From: Pseudomonadota bacterium
GTDB taxonomy: Bacteria > Desulfobacterota > Syntrophia > Syntrophales > JADFWA01
Length of the DNA stretch: 36,275 nucleotides
NCBI GenBank assembly: GCA_030596145.1
Contig: JAUVKS010000001.1
Coordinates: 1-36,275, forward strand
Direction of reading: 5' to 3'
Shown here: positions 15,347 to 22,770 of the stretch, in pieces
Numbering within the stretch: position 1 is the first letter of the stretch
How the letters are laid out: each line of letters starts with the position of its first letter
The notes under the pieces: model-generated
What the model saw: the letters and a program-made list of their open reading frames with translations, nothing else
Told to the model about the DNA's origin: nothing
Database searches by the model: none
Position numbers and translations under genes: made by a program

Positions 15347-16108
15347 TCACATTAAATGGAGAAGCAGGTTCAGCTTGTCTCCAAGATCCAGAAAAATACT
15401 GCCCACCATTCTTGCGAAAACAGGAAGGGCAAGTCCGATACATATAAGCCCCACTGCTATTTTCACAGGAAACCCAACGATAAGTATATTAATCTGGGGA
15501 ACGGTCCTGGCAATCAATCCAAATCCGATGCTTATCATCAAAAGCATGGCGATAACCGGAGCGCCTGTCTTAATTGCAACGACAAACATATCTTTTGAAA
15601 GCTCAATGATTGCCTGCGTTAATTCTCCTGAAAAATGAAAGCTAAGGGCAGGAACAATCCTATAACTTTCCGCGATAGCGTATAAAAAGAGATGGTGGCC
15701 ATCAACAGCAAGAAATACCAGCATGGCAAGCAGATATTGAAATTGGGCTATAATTGAAACCTGCGCGCTGGTTATGGGATCAAACACATTTACAATGGCA
15801 AAACCCATTTGAAAGCCTGCAAGCTGCCCTGCTAATTGCACCCCGGCAAAGACCAGTCTGCCCGCCAAACCTATAGTGACGCCAATCATAACCTCCCCGG
15901 CCATTCTCAACGCTAACGGCAGGATATCAGGAGACGAGATATGGAGTTTAATAAATGGGAAAAGCAGAAATACTATCATCAGAGACAGCCCCCCTTTTAC
16001 CCTGACAGGAACAGTCCTGTTCCCTAAAATAGGCATTGTTACTACTATCGAGCTCACCCTGAGGAGCACAAAAATAAACGTCTCAATCTGCTGTGCTGTT
16101 ATTTGCAC
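15347..16108 (-). CDS. fliR: Export apparatus protein FliR
   Basis: 253-aa polytopic membrane protein after fliQ, with FliR-like segments (LRVSSIVVTMPILG..., GFQMGFAIVNVFDP). GTG start as annotated. Confidence 0.88.
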   Translation of the reverse strand: MQITAQQIETFIFVLLRVSSIVVTMPILGNRTVPVRVKGGLSLMIVFLLFPFIKLHISSPDILPLALRMAGEVMIGVTIGLAGRLVFAGVQLAGQLAGFQMGFAIVNVFDPITSAQVSIIAQFQYLLAMLVFLAVDGHHLFLYAIAESYRIVPALSFHFSGELTQAIIELSKDMFVVAIKTGAPVIAMLLMISIGFGLIARTVPQINILIVGFPVKIAVGLICIGLALPVFARMVGSIFLDLGDKLNLLLHLM

Positions 16109-16189
16109 CTTCTCACCCTCTAATCTTTCTCACCTTCTAATCTTCTCACCCTTTCAGTCTCTCAACCCTGAACCCTGAACCCTGAACCT
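16109..16189. repeat. Family C then B' arrays (fliQ-fliR spacer)
   Basis: cttctcaccctctaatctttctcaccttctaatcttctcaccc...caaccctgaaccctgaaccctgaacc. Confidence 0.9.
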
Positions 16190-16190
16190 T

Positions 16191-16460
16191 TCATCTTATA
16201 TACATCGGTATGGCTTGAAAGAGCTCCCTGGTATAAGTAACCATAAGGTTGATCATCCATGGAAGCGCAACGATGAGGGCCACCATGACCGCAACTATTT
16301 TAGGAACAAATGTCAATGTCATTTCCTGAATCTGAGTTACAGCCTGAAAGATGCTTACGACGAGGCCTACAGCAAGGCCCACCGTGAGCATTGGGGCTGC
16401 AAGCAGCAAGGTAACCTTTATGGCTTCAGCCGCCATTCCAATAATCAGATCAATAGTCAT
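16191..16460 (-). CDS. fliQ: Export apparatus protein FliQ
   Basis: 89 aa with two TM segments; SIFQAVTQIQEMTLTFVPKI motif. Confidence 0.92.
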   Translation of the reverse strand: MTIDLIIGMAAEAIKVTLLLAAPMLTVGLAVGLVVSIFQAVTQIQEMTLTFVPKIVAVMVALIVALPWMINLMVTYTRELFQAIPMYIR

Positions 16461-16471
16461 GCGCTACCTCT

Positions 16472-16640
16472 TTTAACAGGGTTCAAAGGTTCAAAGGTTC
16501 AGGGTTCAGGGTTGCTCGTTACTGGTTGCTGTCTAATCTTCTGACTTCTGACTTCTGACCTCCCTACTCGACCACTCGACCCGTCCGCCATCGGCTTCGC
16601 CTCAGGCGAATGCCGGGCGGGCCATTTCCCCACTCGACTA
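16472..16640. repeat. Composite spacer with B, D, C, A order plus a GC-rich imperfect palindrome (16580-16621)
   Basis: agggttcaaaggttcaaaggttcagggttcagggttgctcgttactggttgctgtctaatcttctgacttctgacttctgacctccctactcgaccactcgac; cccgtccgccatcggcttcgcctcaggcgaatgccgggcggg; ccatttccccactcgac. Confidence 0.95.
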
Positions 16641-16642
16641 AT

Positions 16643-17413
16643 TTAAGCAAAGCTTTGAACCAGCGAACCGATTATTAAATTCCACCCGTCAACCAGCACA
16701 AAAAGGAGTAGTTTGAACGGCAGGCTTATCATTATAGGCGGAAGCATCATCATTCCCATTGATAAAAGCACACTGGCAATGACCATATCCAGTATCAAAA
16801 AAGGGAGATAGATCATAAACCCGATTTGAAAAGCCGTCTTTAATTCACTGATTACAAAGGCGGGTATTAATACGGGAAGTTTGATCTCATCAGGTTTTTG
16901 GGGCCTTTCCCCCCTTGAAATTTTGACAAAGAGGGCAATATCTTTTTCTCCAGCCTGCTTTAACATAAATTCTTTTATGGGCTGCGCTGCCAGGTCAAAT
17001 GCTTTTTCAGCCGATATCTCTTCATTTATATACGGCTGCAACGCCTGAGAATTTACCTTATTCCAGACAGGGGTCATGATAAAAAAGGTCAGGAAGAGGG
17101 ATAATCCAATGATAATCTGGTTTGCAGGCATCTGCTGCGTACCCAGAGCATGCCTTAGAAGGGAAAGGACGACAACAATTCGAGTAAACGAAGTCAACAT
17201 TACAAGTATTGCGGGAGCAAGAGAAAGTATTGTAAAAAGAAACAACAGTTGCAGAACTACCGCTACCCTGCCTGGTTCATCACCGCCGTCCCCAGCATTC
17301 AAACTTATCGAGGGAATGGAAAATGATTGCCCCCACGAAGAGCCTGCAAAAAAAATGAGTCCAAAAACTACCAGGATGCATATAAGACATTTCCCGAATC
17401 TTGATGGTCTCAT
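16643..17413 (-). CDS. fliP: Export apparatus protein FliP
   Basis: Signal-like N-terminus, then SLAPAILVMLTSFTRIVVVLSLLRHALGTQQMPANQIIIGLSLFLTFFIMTPV. The ORF-track start at 17425 is TTG; ATG at 17413 preferred. Confidence 0.93.
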   Translation of the reverse strand: MRPSRFGKCLICILVVFGLIFFAGSSWGQSFSIPSISLNAGDGGDEPGRVAVVLQLLFLFTILSLAPAILVMLTSFTRIVVVLSLLRHALGTQQMPANQIIIGLSLFLTFFIMTPVWNKVNSQALQPYINEEISAEKAFDLAAQPIKEFMLKQAGEKDIALFVKISRGERPQKPDEIKLPVLIPAFVISELKTAFQIGFMIYLPFLILDMVIASVLLSMGMMMLPPIMISLPFKLLLFVLVDGWNLIIGSLVQSFA

Positions 17414-17484
17414 AAAAAGTGTCAATTTCAGACCTCGCTAAGTGGTTAAGTTTTGAAAGATGAACATAGAACATACTATTAAAA

Positions 17485-17526
17485 GATGAACGTCCAACAT
17501 CGAACATTGAACGTCGAACGTCGAAT
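17485..17526. repeat. Inverted partner of element I (CGAACG/CAACATCGAA motifs)
   Basis: gatgaacgtccaacatcgaacattgaacgtcgaacgtcgaat. 17489-17504 is the perfect reverse complement of 17636-17651. Confidence 0.9.
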
Positions 17527-17610
17527 AATGATGTCGCTCCGCTCCTCAAATTATGTTTGGTTCAGGGATATTTGGTTGCTGTTTTTACGACCTCCGACTT
17601 CTGGCCTCTG

Positions 17611-17707
17611 TTCCTTCATCTTTTCCCATTCAACATTCGATGTTGGACGTTCGATCTGGCTTCGCAAATGCTATGCCAAGACACGTGTTCGATGTTCATT
17701 TTTTTCA
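17611..17707. repeat. Dispersed element I, copy 1 (fliO-fliP spacer)
   Basis: ttccttcatcttttcccattcaacattcga[tgttggacgttcga]tctggcttcgcaaatgctatgccaagacacgtgttcgatgttcattttttt. Near-identical to 20341-20437 except for the position of a 14-nt module. Confidence 0.95.
17663..17678 (-). promoter_or_regulatory. Sigma-54 promoter candidate inside dispersed element I (copy 1), upstream of fliP
   Basis: Minus strand reads TGGCAT-AGCAT-TTGCG. Predicted +1 (~17652) coincides with one arm of a 16-bp perfect inverted repeat (17636-17651 / 17489-17504). Confidence 0.5.
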
Positions 17708-17711
17708 GGCC

Positions 17712-18068
17712 CTACTTCAACAGTCCCTTTAAATAACCGGAAAATGGAACACTTTTCCCTTTCTGTTCCTGAACTTCTTTCAGTTGTTCAAGAGATTCAG
17801 AATCCACAATTTCCGTCAACAGGGATATCTTGCTGCTTGAAACGCCGATCACCATAATATTGCCCAACACATCAATAAGCATTATACTGCTTTTGGCCCC
17901 CAGGTATTTAACAGACAAAGTCTTTATCAGTTCCCCGCCATTGATTACTCCTCCTCCCTTTTTCACGATTTTTTTAAACAGATACGCAACAACAATCATA
18001 ACGCCCACCGTAACGGCAAGAGCCGATATGATTTTCAAAAGAGAGTAAAATAATTCCGGTGAATTCAT
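17712..18068 (-). CDS. fliO: FliO-like small membrane protein
   Basis: 118 aa, single N-terminal TM segment (ISALAVTVGVMIVVAYLF). Sits between fliN and fliP. Confidence 0.7.
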   Translation of the reverse strand: MNSPELFYSLLKIISALAVTVGVMIVVAYLFKKIVKKGGGVINGGELIKTLSVKYLGAKSSIMLIDVLGNIMVIGVSSSKISLLTEIVDSESLEQLKEVQEQKGKSVPFSGYLKGLLK

Positions 18069-18084
18069 AGCGCTCCTCAGATAA

Positions 18085-18513
18085 CTACTTCAGCTTATCA
18101 ATCCTCTCGGCATGGGAGATAACATCCGTCAATCTGACCCCGAATTTCTCATTAACCACAACTACTTCACCCCTGGCAATCAATCGATTATTGACAAAGA
18201 CATCCATTGGTTCCCCTGCAAGCTTCGTTAACTCTACGACTGAACCCTGGCCTAACTGAAGAAGCTCGCTTATCAACATCCTTCCTCTGCCCAACTCAAC
18301 AGCCAGGGTAAGGGGTATGTCCAGAATAAAATCCATATCCAGCGACGCCTTCTTTGTTTCGCCTTTTTTCATTTCCTCGAACGTGACACTGTTTACTTCT
18401 TTTTTTTCAGCCGGCTTAGCAGATGCCTTCATCTCATCCTGGACATCGTCCCAGCCGATTTCTTCATCATTTTTTGTTTCTTTTACTTCTTCCGCCGACT
18501 CATTCTGTTCCAT
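18085..18513 (-). CDS. fliN: C-ring protein FliN
   Basis: SpoA domain LDIPLTLAVELGRGRMLISELLQLGQGSVVELTKLAGEPMDVFVNNRLIARGEVVVVNEKFGVRLTDV. ATG at 18513 is preceded by GAGGTG within the fliM end; the track start at 18537 is less likely. Confidence 0.92.
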   Translation of the reverse strand: MEQNESAEEVKETKNDEEIGWDDVQDEMKASAKPAEKKEVNSVTFEEMKKGETKKASLDMDFILDIPLTLAVELGRGRMLISELLQLGQGSVVELTKLAGEPMDVFVNNRLIARGEVVVVNEKFGVRLTDVISHAERIDKLK

Positions 18514-18514
18514 A

Positions 18515-19501
18515 TCAATACACCTCTTTCCCAACAATAAATTTTGATATTTCTACCGCCCGGTTGCCTTTATAAATTCCTGGCTGCCCCTTAAACTTAA
18601 GGACATCTTCCACATAAATATCCAGACTACTGCTGCAATATTGATCCAGGGGGATCACATCCCCCTTTTTCAGGTTTATAATTTCTCTACCACTCAGCTT
18701 TGTTCTGCCCAGCTCGACAGTCAGGTTCACTTTTGAACATCTAAGACCCTCCTTAAACCTGTACGCCCACTCTTTATCAACCTCCAGCCTATCCGCCTGA
18801 TAAGTTCCCTGCAATTTTTCCCTGATCGGCTCTATTGTCAAATAAGGTATGCAGAAAGTCATTATGCCCGAAGAAAATTCGAGGTCGATTTCAAATTGCG
18901 AAACAATCACGACATCGGTAGGCGCCACAATCTGCATAAACTGAGGATTGCTTTCCGATCTCTGATAGATAACATCAAGTTGTATAATTGCTTTCCACAC
19001 CTCTTTAAAATCAGACAGCACTTTCAACACAATCCTCTTTATTAGATTATTCTCTATGTTTGTAAAATCTCTTCCCTCAATTTTAAACCCCTCCCGCCCG
19101 GACCCTCCAAAAATAATATCAACCAGCGCAAATACCACTCGCGATTCAATGACAAGAAGTGAACTACCCTTTAATGGATCCATTTTAAAGGCATGGAGAC
19201 TCGCAGGTATGGGAATTGATTTTATAAATTCGCCATACTTGATCATGTCCACCGATAACGTATTTACATTAATAACTTTTCTTAACAATGATAAGAGGGT
19301 TGTCCTGAATATCCTGGCGAATTTTTCAGTTGTTATCTCCAGGGCAGGCATTCTCCCCCTAACGATTCTGTCCTGACCGGTTAAATCGTATTGCCGAACT
19401 GATGATGGATCATAAGTCTCCTCCTGTTCTGTCTCAATCTCACCATCCGATACCCCTGTTAAGAGTGCATCCACCTCTTCCTGTGATAATATCTGGGACA
19501 T
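18515..19501 (-). CDS. fliM: C-ring switch protein FliM
   Basis: N-terminal CheY-P-binding type motif SQILSQEEVDALL; 328 aa; C-terminal SpoA-like region; AAGGAG SD. Confidence 0.93.
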   Translation of the reverse strand: MSQILSQEEVDALLTGVSDGEIETEQEETYDPSSVRQYDLTGQDRIVRGRMPALEITTEKFARIFRTTLLSLLRKVINVNTLSVDMIKYGEFIKSIPIPASLHAFKMDPLKGSSLLVIESRVVFALVDIIFGGSGREGFKIEGRDFTNIENNLIKRIVLKVLSDFKEVWKAIIQLDVIYQRSESNPQFMQIVAPTDVVIVSQFEIDLEFSSGIMTFCIPYLTIEPIREKLQGTYQADRLEVDKEWAYRFKEGLRCSKVNLTVELGRTKLSGREIINLKKGDVIPLDQYCSSSLDIYVEDVLKFKGQPGIYKGNRAVEISKFIVGKEVY

Positions 19502-19517
19502 CTAAGTTGTCTCCTTA

Positions 19518-19611
19518 AAGGTTCAATGTTCAAGGTTCAGGGTTCAGGGTTCAGGGTTCAGGGTTCAGGGTTCAGTTTAACCTTGAACCTTGAACCTTTG
19601 AACCGTGAACG
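19518..19611. repeat. Family B hairpin (GGTTCAGG x5 facing an AACCTTG array), fliL-fliM spacer
   Basis: aaaggttcaatgttcaaggttcagggttcagggttcagggttcagggttcagggttcag ttt aaccttgaaccttgaacctttgaaccgtgaacg. Confidence 0.95.
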
Positions 19612-19612
19612 C

Positions 19613-20104
19613 TTACTGTATAAGAAATTCGGTAAAGTAAACCCTTCTGACCTGACCTTTAGTAAGATAGCTATTTAGACGCACAGCAATCTCGTCTCTG
19701 AGACGCTGTTTTCCCTCAAAGCCTGCTATCTCTTTATAGCTTTTTGATGAAAGGAGGCCTAAAATGCTGTCCGTAATTTTTGGCTTTAAAAGGTCCATCT
19801 CCGATATACAATCCTGATTAGATACTTCGATCTGAATCGTAGATTTTAAGTACCTTTCGCCGTTAGCATCCATTAAATTTACGATCAGGCTGCCCATGGA
19901 CCAGATGCCCGATTTTTGAACAATCTGTTCGCTGACTGCTTTTTCTGAACCGGAAGTGTGAGTCTTATAATACGTCCACCCCGCAAAACCTGCGGCCCCT
20001 AAAATCACTACACCAAAAAACACTACAATCCATTTAATGATTGATTTCTTGCCTTTTCCGGGTTCTTTTTCTTTAGATTCCTCTTCCTTTTCTTCTTTAA
20101 CCAT
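19613..20104 (-). CDS. fliL: Basal-body-associated protein FliL
   Basis: 163 aa. Lys/Glu-rich N-terminus, one TM segment, FliL core (LIVNLMDANGERYLKSTIQIEV...RVYFTEFLIQ). Confidence 0.88.
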   Translation of the reverse strand: MVKEEKEEESKEKEPGKGKKSIIKWIVVFFGVVILGAAGFAGWTYYKTHTSGSEKAVSEQIVQKSGIWSMGSLIVNLMDANGERYLKSTIQIEVSNQDCISEMDLLKPKITDSILGLLSSKSYKEIAGFEGKQRLRDEIAVRLNSYLTKGQVRRVYFTEFLIQ

Positions 20105-20126
20105 TACCGCTCCCTCCTCTTGATAT

Positions 20127-20336
20127 TGGTCGAGTGGTCAAGTAGTCAAGTAGTCGAGTGGTCATTGCGAGAAGTCCGCCGCAGGCGGATGGATTATCAA
20201 CATGTTTTGAGATTGCTTCGCTTCGCTCGCAATGACAATGCTGGGGTTTTTCAAATGTCTCGAATAACCAATCATCCATTTCCCCACTCGACCACTCAAC
20301 CATTTTCCTACTCGACTACTTCCCCACTCGACTATT
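20127..20336. repeat. Composite palindromic element: family A array, GTCATTGCGAG...CTCGCAATGAC palindrome, family A' array
   Basis: Forward A units at 20127-20163. An 11-bp perfect inverted repeat at 20161-20171 / 20225-20235 encloses tccgccgcaggcgga. Reverse A units at 20277-20336. Confidence 0.9.
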
Positions 20337-20340
20337 TCTG

Positions 20341-20437
20341 TTTCTTCATGTTTTCCCATTCAACATTCGATCTGGCTTCGCAAATGCTATGCCAAGACAC
20401 GTGTTGGACGTTCGGTGTTCGATGTTCATTTTTTTAA
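20341..20437. repeat. Dispersed element I, copy 2 (motB-fliL spacer; overlaps the motB stop)
   Basis: tttcttcatgttttcccattcaacattcgatctggcttcgcaaatgctatgccaagacacgtgt[tggacgttcggtgt]tcgatgttcattttttt. Confidence 0.95.
20379..20394 (-). promoter_or_regulatory. Sigma-54 promoter candidate inside dispersed element I (copy 2), upstream of fliL
   Basis: Minus strand reads TGGCAT-AGCAT-TTGCG. Identical to the site at 17663-17678. Confidence 0.5.
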
Positions 20438-21121
20438 TGTTAGGATGACCTCCACCCTTCTGTTGATGTTCCTGTTATGATCGCTCACATTCGGGAAAAG
20501 GGGTCTTGAGTCCGCATAACCTGCCGCAGAAAGCCTTTCCTGGAAAATGCCTCCTTCGGAAATGAAATATTTGACAACATTTACGGCCCGGGCCACTGAA
20601 AGCTCCCAGTTTGAAGGAAATCGTCTGTTACTTATAGGGACATCATCTGTATGTCCTTCTATACTTATTTGACAAACAGTCTTTTTAAGAATAGGACACA
20701 GGCCTCTGAGGGCAGGATTATTTCTTTTTTCAATTTCGGCCATACCTGTCTTAAATAACAGTTTTTCTCCAATTGTAACGGAAATACCCTCTTTTATTAC
20801 CCTTGCGTCCATTATGCCTTCAGGGCCGCCGAGCGCTTTGTTTATACGCCTGGCCAATTTTCTCTTTTTATTCTCAAATATCATGGCCTTATTTATTATA
20901 GGAATAACAAAGGGGGTAAAAATACTCACATCCTCTTTTTTTAGTTTCGGCATATTAAATACAGCTCTTACAGCATAAGATACCGTTGTCAGTTTAGATT
21001 TATCCATTTCTGAAAGCGAAAGAACTAAAACCAGGAATGTAAGCAAGAGCGTCACCATATCATTGAAGGTTGTGAGCCATTTCCCTCCTTTATCTTCTGA
21101 ATTTTTACACTTATTATTCAT
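20426..21121 (-). CDS. motB: Stator protein MotB (canonical, with TM Asp)
   Basis: KWLTTFNDMVTLLLTFLVLVLS carries the conserved channel Asp. C-terminal OmpA-like domain (IEGHTDDVPISNRRFPSNWELSVARA...NRRVEV). The track start at 21139 is TTG; ATG at 21121 preferred. Confidence 0.85.
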   Translation of the reverse strand: MNNKCKNSEDKGGKWLTTFNDMVTLLLTFLVLVLSLSEMDKSKLTTVSYAVRAVFNMPKLKKEDVSIFTPFVIPIINKAMIFENKKRKLARRINKALGGPEGIMDARVIKEGISVTIGEKLLFKTGMAEIEKRNNPALRGLCPILKKTVCQISIEGHTDDVPISNRRFPSNWELSVARAVNVVKYFISEGGIFQERLSAAGYADSRPLFPNVSDHNRNINRRVEVILTLKK

Positions 21122-21141
21122 CCAGTGCCCCAGGATCAATT

Positions 21142-21834
21142 CTATAATTCAAAATAAAATTCAACTCTCCGGTTTTCCCGTCTGCCTTCAGAAACATCAT
21201 TTGACGCGACCGGATGATATTGGCTGAACCCGACTGCGGCCAGCCTATCCGCTGAAAGTTCTCCTTTCTCAAGGAGATACCGCAGGATATTGACCGCCCG
21301 GGTAGTCGAAAGTTCCCAGTTCGACGGGAACTCGGAAGTAGCTATCGGAACATTATCGGTATGACCTTCCACCCTTACAGAGAAAGGGTTATTTCGCGCT
21401 ATCTTTATCATCTCATCAAGACACGGATATGCCTCTTTATTTATTTCAGCTACTCCTGATGGAAACAATACATTGCTTCCAAAAATAACTATAAACCCTT
21501 TCTCGATTTTTTTTATGTTGACCGATTCGTTTAGACCTGCCTTTCTGAGATATTTCCATAGGGATTTGATGGCCGGTTCGGCAAATTCACCTTGATCTTC
21601 CGAAATATCCTTCGAGAGTTTCAGTATATTATTGCCTTTATCAAGCTTACGATCTTCAGTGATCGACTCCTCCCTTTGTTGAAAGTTAGCTATTTTATCT
21701 TCTTTGATGGTTGAATAGGACACAAGCATGGCAAAAAGAGCCACTATAATCAGCACGAGAGAACAGTATATCATCTCCCAGCCTGCAGCCGGGGTCTCTT
21801 TTTTCTCGTTGCTCTTTCTTGATTCCTCTTCCAT
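21142..21834 (-). CDS. MotB-like OmpA-domain protein lacking the canonical TM Asp
   Basis: TM region GWEMIYCSLVLIIVALFAMLV has Ser where MotB has Asp. OmpA-like C-terminus (VEGHTDNVPIATSEFPSNWELSTTRA...NRRVEF). The track start at 21858 (TTG) lies in a repeat; ATG at 21834 preferred. Confidence 0.7.
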   Translation of the reverse strand: MEEESRKSNEKKETPAAGWEMIYCSLVLIIVALFAMLVSYSTIKEDKIANFQQREESITEDRKLDKGNNILKLSKDISEDQGEFAEPAIKSLWKYLRKAGLNESVNIKKIEKGFIVIFGSNVLFPSGVAEINKEAYPCLDEMIKIARNNPFSVRVEGHTDNVPIATSEFPSNWELSTTRAVNILRYLLEKGELSADRLAAVGFSQYHPVASNDVSEGRRENRRVEFYFEL

Positions 21835-21838
21835 ATTT

Positions 21839-21966
21839 AGCTTCGCTTCGCTTCGCAAGTGGTCAAGTGGTTGAGTGGTCGAGTAGTTAAATAGTCGAGT
21901 CGTCGAGTGGGGAAATAGTCGAATGGGAATTAGTCAACCACTCGACCACTTGACCACTCGACTAAA
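21839..21966. repeat. GCTTCGC triplet plus a family A hairpin (motA / motB-like spacer)
   Basis: gcttcgcttcgcttcgc, then agtggtcaagtggttgagtggtcgagtagttaaatagtcgagtcgtcgagtgg ... tagtcaaccactcgaccacttgaccactcgac. Confidence 0.9.
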
Positions 21967-21976
21967 TTCCAAGACG

Positions 21977-22738
21977 TTAAAACACAGTTTTTCTCTTCTC
22001 AGGCGATATAAAAGAATGGAGCTTATCTTCCAGCACCCTTGGATTGTCTCCTGACTGGATAGAAAGGATACCGCTTATCATCAACTGCTTTTGCATAAGT
22101 TCGCTGCTGCTTCGTGTCTTCAGTTTGCCTGCGGCCGGCAGGAAAACCAGATTTGCCAGGATTACACCATAAAAAGTGGTTACAAGGGCAATAGCCATGG
22201 CCGGTCCTATGGAAGACGGATCATCCATTTGAACCAGCATCTTTATCAATCCTATCAGGGTTCCCACCATACCCATAGCCGGCGCAAAATTCCCCATGGT
22301 TGTAAATATCTCCGCTCCCAGCCTGTGCCTTTCGGAAATGTATTCAAGCTCTGTATTAAGAATTCTGGAAAGGATAACCGGTTCAACGCCATCTATCATC
22401 AACATCATCCCTTTGGCAAAGAAGGAATCTTTAACATCTTCCACCTTGTCCTCCAGGGCCAGTATCCCGTCACGCCGGGCAATCTTTGACATATCCAGCA
22501 GCATTTCTATTATTTTTTCCGTTTCCAACTTTTTCCGGAAAAATACATGTTTTGCTACCTTTGCCACCCCAAGCATATCTGATATGGGATAATTAATAAG
22601 AACGGCGCCAAAAGTCCCGCCCAGGACAATCATTGCAGAGGGGGCATTTACAAACCACGATGCTCCGCCGCCCATAGTTATGGCGCCGACTACAAGGCCA
22701 AATCCGATTATAATTCCTAAAAGAGTTGATATATCCAT
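21977..22738 (-). CDS. motA: Stator protein MotA
   Basis: MDISTLLGIIIGFGLV...; MotA/TolQ/ExbB channel motif APAMGMVGTLIGLIKML...ALVTTFYGVILANLVFLPAAGKL. The track start at 22759 is TTG inside a promoter-like site; ATG at 22738 preferred. Confidence 0.9.
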   Translation of the reverse strand: MDISTLLGIIIGFGLVVGAITMGGGASWFVNAPSAMIVLGGTFGAVLINYPISDMLGVAKVAKHVFFRKKLETEKIIEMLLDMSKIARRDGILALEDKVEDVKDSFFAKGMMLMIDGVEPVILSRILNTELEYISERHRLGAEIFTTMGNFAPAMGMVGTLIGLIKMLVQMDDPSSIGPAMAIALVTTFYGVILANLVFLPAAGKLKTRSSSELMQKQLMISGILSIQSGDNPRVLEDKLHSFISPEKRKTVF

Positions 22739-22754
22739 TCTGGGGTTATGGAAA

Positions 22755-22770
22755 AGCAAAGAATGTGCCA
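22755..22770 (-). promoter_or_regulatory. Sigma-54 promoter candidate abutting the motA start
   Basis: Minus strand reads TGGCAC-ATTCT-TTGCT, a perfect match to core consensus. The predicted +1 (~22744) would leave only ~6 nt before the motA ATG at 22738. Confidence 0.45.

Noticed and set aside
17280-17549. 89-aa minus-strand ORF overlapping the fliP start and the element-I partner region
   Set aside because: It overlaps the fliP signal-peptide region out of frame and otherwise translates repeat DNA. It has no motifs.
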